From: Octopus vulgaris
Lineage: Eukaryota
Direction of reading: 5' to 3'
DNA length: 64,000 bases
Assembly (NCBI GenBank): GCA_951406725.2
Contig: OX597815.1
Span: 27,218,001 to 27,282,000 of the forward strand
Shown: positions 49,621 to 62,817 of the stretch, piece after piece
Position numbering within the stretch: position 1 is the first letter of the stretch
Layout: the number at the start of each line of letters is the position of its first letter
Program-made: the position numbers and the translations under genes
The notes under the pieces: generated by a model
Database searches by the model: none
Seen by the model: only the letters and a program-made list of their open reading frames with translations
What the model was told of the DNA's origin: nothing

Positions 49621-49904
49621 TGGTTCAGAAGTATTTTTTAAAAACGGTCCACATAGAATTGGTGGAAAATACATAAAAGCTATCTATCATGAATACACTG
49701 ACAACAGTTTTACAAAAAAGAAGCCAAGAGGAATAGATGAAGAACACTTGGGTTCCTTAGGGCCTGTGATTCGAGCTGAAGTTGGAGAAATAATAAAAGT
49801 TGTTTTCTACAATAAAGCATCATTTAATTTTTCCATTCATCCTTATGGAGTAACCTATGAAAAATCTGATGAAGGAGCTTTCTATACTGACAAAGCTGAT
49901 AAGG
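49621..49904 (+). CDS. Ferroxidase coding exon 7 (domain 3)
   Basis: CAG acceptor. RIGGKYIKAIYHEYTD...EEHLGSLGPVIRAEVG...KSDEGAFY. Donor G|GTAAAG. Confidence 0.96.
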
Positions 49905-52548
49905 GTAAAGTAACACTGAATTTTTTTTTTTTTTTTTTTTTTATAATTTCAGAAATAATTTTTGTATAAATGATGACATTATTATTAGTTGTTGTTGTTG
50001 TTAAGCTGAAGGCCAGATCTATGATCAAAGGCATTCCAGTTGTAACCATCCAACTGTTATTGTTGTTTAGCCCCATGTCAGCAACTATTGACCAGACCCA
50101 TGATCAAAAAGCATTCCAGTCATGATCAGTCAGGTGCATTGAATATCTATGAACACTTTATTTAATGTAAAACAAGAACGTTTTATTGGGTCATCATTGG
50201 GTCATTATTCTAATGGATCTTAAGTCATTGTATTCATTGTTGTACAAAATATTATGCAAGGTTGTGTGTGAAGGCAAGAATGACCATACTAATATTTTTC
50301 TAAGTTTCCATATTTTTTATTACTCAGAACATATGCATTTACATATATATATAACAATTATTTGAATAAAACAGCATACAGGAGATAGTGACTGTGATAG
50401 CTAAAGGTCTTCATTGCATAAAATAATTTAGTTGTTTCTATGAAAATTATTGATGATTATTAAAGACAGAATAAGAAGTAGAAAAAGTGGCCAACAGAGT
50501 TCTGTATAGCACCTGAGGCTGTCTTGTTCAAGACTTCAATAGCGCAACATTTTATAACATTCGCTCAGACTTCTAGAACTTTCAGCAGAACTATTTGGTG
50601 AGAAAATTCACGAAACTCACTTTCAAGTCTACTATTTATTTCGTTACACACCAGCTGATCTGATTGGTCAAATCGTGTTCATATAGACATTAATGCCATT
50701 TAAGGCAATGCAGTTAATTTCTTGTAGCTGGCCTTTGCCTTTTATGGCAATATAGTTGGATTGTGGTTCTAAAGCGGGGACCTAAGTGAGATGATTCAAA
50801 ATTTTGCAGCAGCCTCACTATGCAGTATATTATGAGTGATCAGTTATTTGTAAGTCAAATAATCCATTTATTTTTCTTGACAGAGTGCATCTAGGGCTAC
50901 ATTAATTAGTATGTTCTTATTTAAAAAGTGATGTCTCCTGTAGCAATTAGAATACAAAAGGCTTGAGGTACAGAATGCAAGGATGATGACAGAGACCAGG
51001 GAAGTTGTGGAGGCATTGAGCAGAAGGAGAATGGACATATGTTGTATGTCAGAAACAAGATAGGAAGGAAGTGATGAGGGGAAGACAAGTGCAGAAATAA
51101 AAGTTTGTATGGTAAAATGTCTGGAAGGAGTTTATGATGCTGGTATCTTGGTTTGTATATAGTTTATAAATAGAGTGGTGAGTTTCACTGGAGTAAGTGA
51201 AAAGTTGATGATAGTGAAATTGGAGATTGGAAAGTTCTTGAGTGTATCATCTCAGGATATACTCCACAGGTAGGTTTTGAATGCTGATGAGTGGATAAGT
51301 TAATCATACAGTAAAGAAACTGATTTTTGATTGACTGACCTTGAACAACCAATCCTGACCAGTTGGGATTCACAGTACAAGTTGTAGTATCCAGTCTTTC
51401 GGACCCTGGACACAAAATGTAGCTCTCACCCTTGTATGCTAACCCATTGCAAAGTTACCCATTTACAGCTGAGTGAACTAGAGCAATGTGAAATGAAGTG
51501 TTTTGCTCAAGAATGCAATACACCACTGGACTGGGAATTGAAACCATGATCTCACAACCATAAGTACAACACCCTAACCACTAAGCCAAAAGATGAGGGA
51601 AGTTGTTATTGTTAGAGGAATTTGAGTGAACATATTATTGTAAAAACATTTGAGTAGCAGAATCAGCAAAATGTCTTGTGGTATTTAGTTACGTTCCTTG
51701 GTGCTCCAAGTTCAATCCTGCTGAAATTATCTTTGCCTTTCATTCTTCAGGGATCAATAAAAAAAATTCCATTTATGCCCTAACAACACACCTCTTACAT
51801 TTGAGGTCTTGCACCTATGTAAGAACTTAATAGTATTATTTTTATTATGTATTTTCACTGCACAGCCCAACACAGCTCTGTCTGTGTACCTTGGGTATGT
51901 ATAGAATTTTAGTTTTCTTTATTTTTTTAACAGTACTGAAAATAATCTATAAACTATATAAAATCTTGTAGTGCTAAAGTGTCTCTTTTCAATCCTCACA
52001 TTCTGGTCATCTCAATTTCCAAATATTTATATTAGGATAATTTTCCATTTATTTTAGAGTTAAGATGTCCACAAATGGGCATATTATCCCAAACTTAAAA
52101 CATGTAAAGAATTTATTAAGGATGTTGTATGTTTCTCCATTGAGTTCATCAACAAATGATACTAAATCTCTTCAGTAGCTTTTATTTATCAGGTGGTAGT
52201 TCATACAAGCTGTCACTACTATGTTTTTCTCTGGACAGGAAACTTAATTTTTTTGTAGTGTCAGTTCATCTACCTTCAGATCTGGGAATGTTACTTGTGA
52301 TAGACTGTAATCTGGAATTAATCTCCAGTAGGAAATCATATATGACAGATGGTTGGCATGGAGTTTTAGGGAATTTTGGTTTCTTCTAAAAATTAATTAA
52401 AAATTTGTTGTAAATGTAACAACAAAAAAAAAAATTGTGGGTGAATAACAATATACAGTAGGATGATTAATGTATACATTAATTAATTTGCTAAACAGAG
52501 GTTTAAGCACTAATATATTTCTTTCTTAAAAACATTATTCTATTGTAG

Positions 52549-52742
52549 GTATTGTTGCACCACTGAGCCAGAAAACTTACTACTGGTATGTAACAAAAGA
52601 TATGGCACCACTTGAAAATGATCCCGACTGCTTAACTAAAATGTATGCATCAGAAGTAAACACCATGAAAGACACATACTCTGGCCTTGTTGGGCCATTG
52701 CTTATATGCAAAGCTGGTAGACTTGATAGCAAGAGAAAACAG
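52549..52742 (+). CDS. Ferroxidase coding exon 8 (end of domain 3)
   Basis: TAG acceptor. DPDCLTKMY...SGLVGPLLICK..LD. Donor CAG|GTGAGA. Phases 1 and 0. Confidence 0.96.
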
Positions 52743-52759
52743 GTGAGAAATGTCATACG

Positions 52760-52988
52760 CTTTTTACTCCTTTTACTTGTTTCAGTCATTTTGACTGCGG
52801 CCATGCTGGAGCACCGCCTTTAATCGAGCAACTCGACCCTGGGACTTATTCTTTGTAAGCCCAGTACTTATTCCATCTGTCTCTTTTGCCGAACTGCTAA
52901 GTGACGGGGACATAAACACACCAGCATCGGTTGTCAAGCAATGCTAGGGGGACAAACACAGACACACAAACATACATGCACGCACACG

Positions 52989-53032
<44 letters not shown>

Positions 53033-53195
53033 CGACGGGCTTCTTTCAGTTTCCGTCTACCAAATCCACTCACAAGGCTTTGGTCGGCCTGAGGCTATAG
53101 TAGAAGACACTTGCCCAAGGTGCCATGCAGGGGGACTGAACCTGGAACCATGTGGTTGGTAAACAAGCTACTTACCACACAGCCACTCCTGCACC
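52760..53195 (-). mobile_element. Family B SINE, full length
   Basis: Reverse complement of 44467-44888. Begins ~18 nt after the exon 8 donor. Confidence 0.9.
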
Positions 53196-53479
53196 TGTCA
53201 TGTTTCTTTTTTAATGAGAAAGAAATTTTCTTTTGTGGTATGTAGGCTGTGTCAGCCATGATAAAGTTGTTGATCTTATTCCCATTATATAATGGCTTAA
53301 AAAATAAATTTTATGTTTGTTTGTGAAGTGAAGTGAAGCAATGATACAAGAAGTGCTGAAAAGTTCCTGGCTTTGGGTAAAAGAAAATACAGGAGGATCA
53401 GTTAATTATGATTTTATTCAACATATTCCGCTCTCAGATTCACACACTTATTGCAGTGGCCCTTCTGTTTTTCTATGAA

Positions 53480-53910
53480 CGTGGCCATTGCCAGCGCTGC
53501 CCCAACTGGCCTCAGTGCTGGTGGCACGTAAAAAGCACCATCCGATTGTGGCCGTTTGCCAGCCTCATCTGGCCCCTGTGCCGGTGGCATGTAAAAAGCA
53601 CCATCCGATTGTGGCCGTTTGCCAGCCTCATCTGGCCCCTGTGCCGGTGGCATGTAAAAAGCACCATCCGATTGTGGCCGTTTGCCAGCTTTGTCTGGCA
53701 CCTGTTCAGGTGGCACATAAAAAGCACCCACTACACTCTCGGAGTGGTTGGCGTTATGAAGGGCATCCAGCTGTAGAAACACTGCCAGATCAGACTGGGC
53801 CTGGCGCAGCCTTCTGGCTTCCCAGACCCCAGTTGAACCGTCCAACCCATGCTAGCATGGAAAACGGACGTTAAACGATGATGATGATGATGATGATTAT
53901 GATGATGATG
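53480..53910 (+). mobile_element. (GAT)n-tailed retroposon with internal 63 bp tandem repeats
   Basis: GGTGGCA.GTAAAAAGCACCATCCGATTGTGGCCGTTTGCCAGC occurs three times before the conserved 3' end. Confidence 0.8.
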
Positions 53911-56399
53911 TAAAAGAACTTAGAAGGTTGGGCCTCCAGCCAGGACTTTCGTGATACCCTTAAAGCCAGGAACTTGTCAGCACCCCCTCATATACCTCTG
54001 TAAGTGTATGCATGGCTGCGGGGTTAAGAAGTTCATTTCTCAAGCATGTGGTTTGGGTTTCATTTCCACTGGACATTCTTGTTTTCATTTTAAAGACCTT
54101 TATTTTACTAGGATTTATAAGCAAATCTATAGTAAACAGTTTACTTACCAACCACAAGGTTTTGGGATCAGCATGGCACCTTGAGCAAGTGTTTCCTCCT
54201 AGAACTCCATGCTGATCAAAGCCTTGTGAGTGGATTTAGTAGATGGAAACTAAAAGAAGCCCACTGTATGCGTGTGTGTGTATGTGTGTATATGTGTACA
54301 TGTGCACGTACGTGCATGTGTGTACATGTATGTGTGTGTGTGTGTGTGTGTGTCTGCATATGTGTTTGTATTTTCTTTCATCTTCATGAGTGTTTACTGG
54401 TTGTAAATAGTAACAGCAAGCCTCTGTAGTTGGTATTAGGGAGAGCATCCAACCATAGAAACCAAACCAAATCAGACTGTAGCCTGGCACAGCTCTCCGG
54501 CTTTCCAGTTCCAGTCAAACTGTCTAACCTCCATGCCAGCATGGAAAACAGATGCTAAATGATGAGGAGGAGGAGAAGGGGGAGGAGGTCAACAATGATG
54601 ACAATGATGGAGAGATGGACAACGATGACAACAACAACAATGATGTCATTTGCTTGCCGTCCAGTGCAAAAGTGTGAAGGCGCATGGCTCAGTGTTAAAC
54701 TGTTGAGCTTATGATTGTGAGGTTGTGAGTTCGAATCCCGGACCAGGCTGCATGTTGTGTTTTTGTGCAAGACACTTTATTTCACATTGCTCCAGTTCAC
54801 TCAGCTGTAGAAATGAGTTGCAACGTCACAGGTACCAAGCTGTATCGGCCCTTGCCTTTCCCTTAGATAACATCGGTGGCATGGAGAAGAGAGGCTGGTA
54901 GGCATGGGCAACTACTATTGGCACTTCTTTGATTTCACGGTCAAATAAGTACCAGTTGAGCACTGGGGTCAATGCAGTCTTACTGGCTCCTCTCCAAACA
55001 CTGAAGGCCCCATGCCAAAATTTGAAATCAATATTAACGATAAGTGGTGGGCTGGCAGAAACGTTAGCGCACCGGTATTTTGTCTGACTATGTTCTGAGT
55101 TCAAATTCCACTGAGGTCGACTTTGCCTTTCACCCTTTTGGGGTTGATAAATTAAGTACCAGTTGTGTACTGGGGGTCGATCTAATCGACTGGCCCCTTC
55201 CCTCAACCTTGCCCAGACTTGTGCCTCAGAGGCTAACTTTCTAGATGCAATCCCATGGTCATTCATGACCGAAGGGGGTCACCCCTACAGTGTAAAAGCA
55301 CATCCAATCTTCTTAATATGTCTCAACATATTGTACACACTTTGTAGTAAACAAAAGGCTGATTTAAACAATGTTGCTTGTTCCCAGTTCTTTGGGCTGT
55401 TTGTGGTTCAATACACTAGGACTTTGGAAACAAATGCAGGTTGGTATCAGGAAGGGCATCCAACCATAGAAAATTCTGTTCCAATGTACTCTCGTCTGGC
55501 CCATGCATGCATGGAAAAGTAGATATCAAAATAATGATGATGAATTTCTTGAGGGAGGTATCATATATTCTGAGTCCAAGTTCCGCTGAAGTTGACTCTG
55601 CCTTTCATTCTTTTAGGGTTGATAAATTAGGTACCAGCTGAGTACTGGGATCGATGTAATTGACTTAACCCCTGCCTATAAATTTAAAGCCATGTGCCTA
55701 TAGTATAAAGGATTATTATTATTATTATTATTATTATTGGTGACTCATGAAAATCACCCACTACACTCTCAGAGTGGTTGGTGTTAGGAAGGGCCGATCA
55801 GATTGGAGCCTGGTGCAGCCTCCTGGTTTGCCAGACCTCAGTCCAACCCATGCCAACCCATGCCAGCATGGAAAGCGGACATTAAACAACAATGATGATG
55901 ATTATTATTATTATTATTAGTTAGTCTGTCATTGTTGACAATGACAAGGACATCACACAGGAAAGAAAAGACAGAGTACAGTGCATCCAGTTGTAACCAA
56001 TCAGTGTCAGTCATGCTTGGAAGGCTCTGCAGTAGGTCATGCACTTGTGATCTGTTGGGACTGAAGGAAAGGAGTTGGCTCTGGACTTGCGTAGTTTGTG
56101 TTTTCTTCATGCCCCTGCAATCCTGTTCTCTGTTCTCTTTGTAGGAGATAGCACCTTTAATAATAATAATAATCTCTAATTTTGGAACTAAGCCAGCAAT
56201 TCTGAGGGGAGGTTGAAGTTGACTACATTGGCTCCAGTACTCAACTGGTACTTCTTTCAGCAACCCCCAAAGAATGAAAGGCAAAGTTGACTTTGGTGGT
56301 ATTTGAATTCAGAACATAATGGCAGACACACTCAAAAAAAATTTTATGGGATTTTCAAATGAGGATTTCCAAGGGTCTCCTCACTGTTCACTGTTCATG

Positions 56400-56675
56400 T
56401 AATCTATTAAAACCTGTGGGATGACGTCAGCAGCTGGACATCAGCAGCTGGGTGCGTTGACCGGAAGCTGGGGCAACTGGAAGGGGCAGCGGTGAGGCGT
56501 GCGCAGGCAGCGGTCAATTGGGCCTTTCTAACGTGGGTCGTGCAGGTGACGAGACGTGTGCGGACATCGCTAAGGGCTTGGGCTAGCAGCTGCTATCGTT
56601 AGTGTTCGGGTCGGGGCTGTGTCGAAGGACTAGTTACCACTGGAGGGTCTCCGTCACGAGGAAGAGAAGGTAGGT
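56400..56675 (+). promoter_or_regulatory. CpG-rich promoter/first-exon-like segment inside intron 8
   Basis: TGACGTCA 56422-56429, ACCGGAAG 56460-56467, dense CpG, and donor-like AAG|GTAGGT at 56669/56670. Confidence 0.4.
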
Positions 56676-57007
56676 GCCTTTATATTCAAATCGCGCACAC
56701 ACCACAAAACCTTTCACACTATCTCAGGTTTTTGTCATCTTTTAATTTTTTAATTTTTCATTTTGTCATTTTTCTACTTTTCCCATCATTTTTTTTCTTC
56801 TTTGTTCAATTCTGTCGTCTTTCATTATTAGCTTTTAGTTTCCCCGTCACTAATTGCTAACTTCTCAAGTATCACTTCCCTCTGCCTGTTCATTCCTCTT
56901 CACTCAGCTTCTCTTAGCATAGTACCCTACTATCACCATCTTGTTATCTCTCTGTACCAGACTATGCATTTTGTCTGGTATGCTAATGATTTTGCCCACT
57001 CACCACC

Positions 57008-57048
<41 letters not shown>

Positions 57049-57356
57049 CCTTTCTACTTTAGGCACATGGCCTGAAATTTGGAGGGAGGAGGCTAATTGA
57101 TTACATCGGGCCCCTATACTTGACTGGTACTTATTTCACCAACCCTGAAAGGGGTCAACCATGGTGGAATTTGAGCTCAAAACATAAAGACAAATGAAAT
57201 GCCTTTATTCGCCTTACAGAAACACAGAAACCTTGGGTTCGGTCCCACTGTGTGGCACCTTGGGCAAGTGTCTTCCACTGTAACCTTGGGCTAACCAAAG
57301 CCTTATAAGTGGTTTTGGTAGACAGAAACTGAAAGAAGCTCCTCATATGCATATGC

Positions 57357-57411
<55 letters not shown>

Positions 57412-57649
57412 TTTGTCTCCCACACCACTTCACCATAACTAGCAGTTTAGCAAACGAGATTAATAAAATAAGTATTAGGCTTAGAAAAAAAATACTGGGT
57501 TCAATTCATTCGACCAAAAGTTCTTCAAGGCGGTGCTCCAGCATGGCCACAGTCTTATAACTGAGACAAGTAAAAGATAAAAGATAACACTGGATGTAAT
57601 TTTGCATGTGTTATTTTATCATCTTTTCATTTATTTTCTCCCTTTTCAG

Positions 57650-57800
57650 AAAGGCGTAGATAAAGAGTTCTTTCTCATGTTTATGGTGACTGATGAAAAC
57701 AATTCTCATTACTTGAAAAGGAACATTAAAATGTATACTACAGATCCTGAACATGTTGATGTAGAGGATGAAGATTTTATGGAATCAAATTTGATGCATG
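57650..57800 (+). CDS. Ferroxidase coding exon 9 (start of domain 4)
   Basis: Polypyrimidine tract plus [25 protein letters not shown]...[11 protein letters not shown]. Donor G|GTAGGT. 151 nt. Confidence 0.96.
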
Positions 57801-58969
57801 GTAGGTACTCAAGTGGATTACATTTTATTTTTTATCTTTTCTTTATTTCAGTCATTAGACTGCATCCATGCTAGGGCACCACCTTCAAAGGTTTAGTCAA
57901 ATGAGTCAACCCCAGTAATTTTTTTTTTTAGGCCTTGTACTTACCGTAAATCCTTGAGTATAATCCGCATTTTTTTCCGAAAATTTAAAGGTCAAAATCC
58001 CTAGTGCATACTATATATAAGGTTAAAAATGAAAAATATTTTCTAAGCAATGTCCGAGTCTCTATTTACTGTCCGGCAATGTTTATTCAGATGCATTTTG
58101 TGATGTCGGGCGCGAAAATACCTTAAGCTGAGTCAGCAGAAGTTTGCCTTTACCTTCTGCCGGAACCACGTGGAGCTTAGGTGTTTCGCTCATAAACACA
58201 CACATCGCCCGGTCTGAGATTCGAACCCGCGATCCCTCAACCGCGAGTCCACTGCTCTAACCACTAGGCCATGTGCCTCCACATGTGTCTTCCCATGGGT
58301 GATTAAATAAATACCAGGTGAATGATAAAGATGAGGTGAAGTACAGGTGTTAGTTCTTAAAGTAACAATGTGTCTGATGTAGCGATTTGATGGGATCATA
58401 ATGAGAAATGAGAGAGAATTCTTGAAGAATGATAAAAAGAAAGAAAAATGACTACCAACACTGACATTTTAATATGTTTTGAGGGGCAAACATGGCTGTG
58501 TGGTTAAGAAGTTTGCTCCTCAACCGTATGTTTCAGGGTTCAGTCCCACTGTGTAACACCTTGGTAAAGTATCTTCTACCATGGCTCTAGGCTGACCGAA
58601 ACCTTGTGAGTGGATTTGAAGGATGAAAATTGAAAGAACCCTGTTGTGTGTACGCTTATGTCTCTTTGTCCTCACATAATAATTGCAAATGAGTTTCACT
58701 GTTATACAAATAGTGTCGTTCGTTTCCAATATTCAGCAAAAACATGTCTGGCCATAATTTGCTTGGAAATAAGTGAGGGTTGACGACAGGAAGGGCATGT
58801 GGCCGTAGAAAATCTTCCTCAACAAATTTCGTGTGGTCCTTGCAATCATGGAGAAGTGGAAGTTAGAACGATGTTTTTCACATACTGACAGTAAAGTATC
58901 TCTCTCTTTACAAGCTGACCTCATGTCGTCCTAAAAAAATTAACCTAATATTTAAATGCATGCCCTAAC

Positions 58970-59402
58970 AGATCTTTTCGGTTTGAACAGCAGTTTTTTC
59001 TAGCGGTGTCATATGAAATTGTCACCCATAATTATGACCCTAGTATCGATCTATTGCATTTCAATCTATTTTAGGGTTAGGGTTAGTTAGGGTCAGGGTT
59101 AGGGGTGGGGGAACGGTATCTTTTTTTCTTCAGAAATGTAAATAAACCCAATCTGTTTCTTAAACGAGGGACATATTCATACGGCACAGAATGTTTTCAC
59201 CTCAATAGACAGTCATTGATTGGTTGAAATTGCAGAAATTGAAGAAATAAAAACAACAAATATCTAACAAACTATGAATTTTCTCAATAAAGCCAAGAGA
59301 AAAAGATGTTTTATAAACATATTCTACCAGTATACGAAGTTTAAAAGTGTTTAGTTAGGTGGAAATTATTTTTAAAAACTGCCGTTCAAACCGAAAAGAT
59401 CT
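58970..59402. mobile_element. MITE with ~28 bp TIRs and an 8 bp TSD
   Basis: AGATCTTTTCGGTTTGAACAGCAGTTTT / AAAACTGCCGTTCAAACCGAAAAGATCT. GCCCTAAC on both sides (58962-58969 and 59403-59410). Confidence 0.92.
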
Positions 59403-59629
59403 GCCCTAACTTCTCTATCCAAATCTTTCATGGTTTATTACTATCACAGGTACCTTTCACCAAATCCCAATACTTTGTATATATATCGTTAATACTTGAT
59501 CATAGCAACAGAGTTATTTCCCTTTATATACACTAGCCAATGTTTTTGAAACCGTGAACTAGGGTTTTCACCTGCTGCATAAAAATAAACAAATAAAAAC
59601 CATGTCCAATTTATCTTCTTTATTTCGAT

Positions 59630-60140
59630 ATAATAATAATGAAATTATTGTATACAGTGCTCAGGTGCACCACAACTTGTCAGAAAGTGCATATAAAGTA
59701 CATGCAGTAAGGTAGAAATGTCTGGAAAGTGAACATGCTTGTGTATGTATGGAGGGGAGAAAATCAAGTGTAGTGTTGGCGAATCTCAGGAAGCATGGAA
59801 GTTTTGAAGGATGCAGTGCTTCGACAACTAACAACCGATGCCGGCAGTTTGTTCCACGCTTCAGCAACTCTCAGCGTGAAAAAATGTTTCCTGAAGTCAT
59901 GGGAGCTGTGCTGTTTTCTTACTTTGTAAATATGTCCACGAGTGTTAGACAGGTGGAGTTTGAAAAGGTGCTCAGAGTTATTGTTTGTGCGATGGTTGAT
60001 AATTTTATGGGTGTCTGCCAAGTCAGCTGCCAGACGTCGGAGTTTCAATGTGTCCATGCCCAGGGAAGTAAGGCGTTCAGGATATGGCAAATGCCTGATG
60101 GAGGGTATTCTTTTGGTTGCACGTCGCTGAACAGCTTCGT
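59630..60140 (-). mobile_element. CR1-clade LINE 3' end, 5'-truncated
   Basis: ORF 59764..60090: YPERL..L...TL..RR...DL...TRGH.YK...RKHFFT.RV..AWN.LP..VV...SFK. (ATT)n tail. Confidence 0.9.
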
Positions 60141-60212
60141 GACAGTAAGGTGTCGTTGGTTGCTATTTCTAGCAAGTCGAGCGACTGCCTAGATATTCCT
60201 TTCATCGACTAT

Positions 60213-60438
60213 TATTTCCTTATTGCCCACAAGGGGCTAAACACAGAGGGAACAAACAAGGACAGACAAACGGATTAAGTCGACTACATCGACTCCAGTG
60301 CGTAACTGGTACTTAATTTATCGACCACGAAAGGATGAAAGGCACAGTCGACCTCGGCGGAATTTGAACTCAGAATGTAGTGGCAGACGAAATACCGCTA
60401 AGCATTTCGCCTGGCGTGCTAACGATTCTGCCAGCTTG
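60213..60438 (-). mobile_element. Family A SINE monomer
   Basis: Reverse complement of 24745-24973. Confidence 0.88.
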
Positions 60439-61630
60439 CTATTGACCCACCAGAACTCTCCTTGCCTGAATGGAAGACAGGATGGTCATAAAAGGAATGT
60501 TTTGGGTCATAAGTCTGTTGGATCAGGTCTGATCTAGAGTTAAATAACCACACTGTCGCTCCAATAAGACATAATGAAAACTTTGTGGCCAGGAAGCAAC
60601 CTGAGAAAAGTCTGAAGAAATGACATCTAAACAAAAGATTAACGGTTTAACTGAGGTTTATTATATTGGTTTCAAATGTTGGCACAAAGCCAGCTATTTC
60701 AAGGGAGAGGGAAAGTCGATTACATCAACCCCTGTGCTTATTTTATTAAACCCAAAAGGATGAAAGGCAAATTCAACCTCAATGAAATTAGAACTCAGAA
60801 TTTAAAACCCTTTCGTTACTGTATTTATTTTGAGATGCTTTGTGTTTCTTTCAATCACTTTAAATATAACAAAGAATTTAGTAAAATATCTTAGTTATCA
60901 TTAAGCTAATGTTAGGATCATAAATTGTGACTAAGTTTTGGTGGAAGACTTTAATTCAGAATGTATGAAAACAAGACATTTGTACTCAGAGCCAGAGCCG
61001 GTTTCAGCCGGGTTGGTAATGGAAGGGTTAAAGATGGACTAAATGCTGCTAAGAATTTTGCCTGGCGTGCTAATGATTCTGCCAGCTTACTGAGATTTGT
61101 TATATTGACTAGGATCTGATATTTGTTATTGTTTGTTACTTTCGATACCTCTCACAATTTAACTTTTCCTTCATATTCAACCAGAGAAAAAAATAAAAAG
61201 AATTTCAACATTCTAAGATCAAACTGCAAAATAGGGAAAACTTGAAAAATAACTAACAGTTATGAAGAACAAACACATCCATACATACACAATATTCAAT
61301 AGCATAACAATGCTAATTATAAACAAATGGTAACTGATTTCTTCCTCCTGAAAATAAAACAACATTTATAAAGGTGAAGTATACTAAATGTTTGAGGGAC
61401 AGTAATAATAATAATCCTTCCTACTAAAGGCACAAGGCCTGAAATTTTGAGGAAGGAGACTAGTCAATTACATCGACCCCAATGTTCCTCTGGTACTTAA
61501 TTAATCGACCTCCAAAGGATGAAAGGCAAAGTCAACCTCGACAGAATTTGAACTCAGAACACGAAGATGGATGAAATGCTGCTACGCATTATGCCCAGTG
61601 TACTAACGATTCTGCCAGCTTGTCACCTTA

Positions 61631-61696
<66 letters not shown>

Positions 61697-62017
61697 CATC
61701 ATCATCATCATCATCATCGTTTAACGTCCGCTTTCCATGCTAGCATGGATTGGACGGTTCAACTGGGGTCTGGCAAGCCCGAAGGCTGCACCAGGCCAGT
61801 CAGATCTGGCAGTGTTTCTACAGCTGGATGCCCTTCCTAACGCCAACCACTCCAAGAGTGTAGTGGGTGATTTTATGTGTCACCGACACAGGTGCCAGAC
61901 GAGGCTGGCAGACGGCCACGCTCGGATGGTGTTTTTTATGTGCCACCGACACAGGTGCCAGACGAGGCTGGCAGACGGCCACGCTCGGATGGTGTTTTTT
62001 ATGTGCCACCGACACAG

Positions 62018-62573
62018 ATGCTCTGATGCAGTACCAGGCAGTGGCTCTCGTGGCTTCTGATCTGAACTGATTGGAAGTGTTATCAAGTACATTATTTTGT
62101 CTTGGTATAAAAGATGGGCTACAGCAAATATTCTGCTCAATACCACAGATTTGCTTGTCAGTTGTTTGACCTTAACCAGTTGACCATGTCCCTTAGTGGC
62201 TGACGATATGTGCATCTCTGATCACGAGCAGAAGTAGTGGAGGAGCATCATAGCCATGTGTTGAGAGGGATTCTTTCGGGTTTGAATTAGTCACCTCTGG
62301 AAACATGGGTGTTTCATTCAACATCCTTAAACAACCCTTATTCAGGCACCTTTTGAGCAGGATGGGTTACTTGACCAGAAGAAAATTCTAACTGGTCCCC
62401 ACCTGCAAGGTCATGTGCTGTTTATCTTGATATGAAATCACCATGTCGTGCACATATGGTTGTGATGCATGTACCTAGTGTACCCTTATCAGATGGGTAG
62501 TCATGATGGGTATACTGGGCTTCGTATATTTTACTGCAGTGTTACTTTGATGGCATGCACTGCTCTCTCACTC
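62018..62573. mobile_element. ~560 bp (TAA)n-associated repeat
   Basis: Reverse complement of 28061-28617, followed by (AAT)n. Confidence 0.85.
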
Positions 62574-62626
<53 letters not shown>

Positions 62627-62817
62627 ACTGTTTGTATACAGTGCTCAGATGCACTACAACTAATCAGAAAAGGTAACCTGAAGTGTATGTACAGTACAGC
62701 AAAATTGATTGTTATAATTTAAACTGTGAATATAGAGGAACACATCTATGCATTATAAGACCCTTAATGGACTGATCTACAAATGTGATAAATAAAAATT
62801 CCTGTTATCTTTTGTAG

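Noticed and set aside
59749-60192. 147 aa + strand ORF in intron 9 as an extra ferroxidase exon
   Set aside because: It is antisense to the CR1 fragment, and exons 9 and 10 already join in frame with no gap in the domain 4 sequence.
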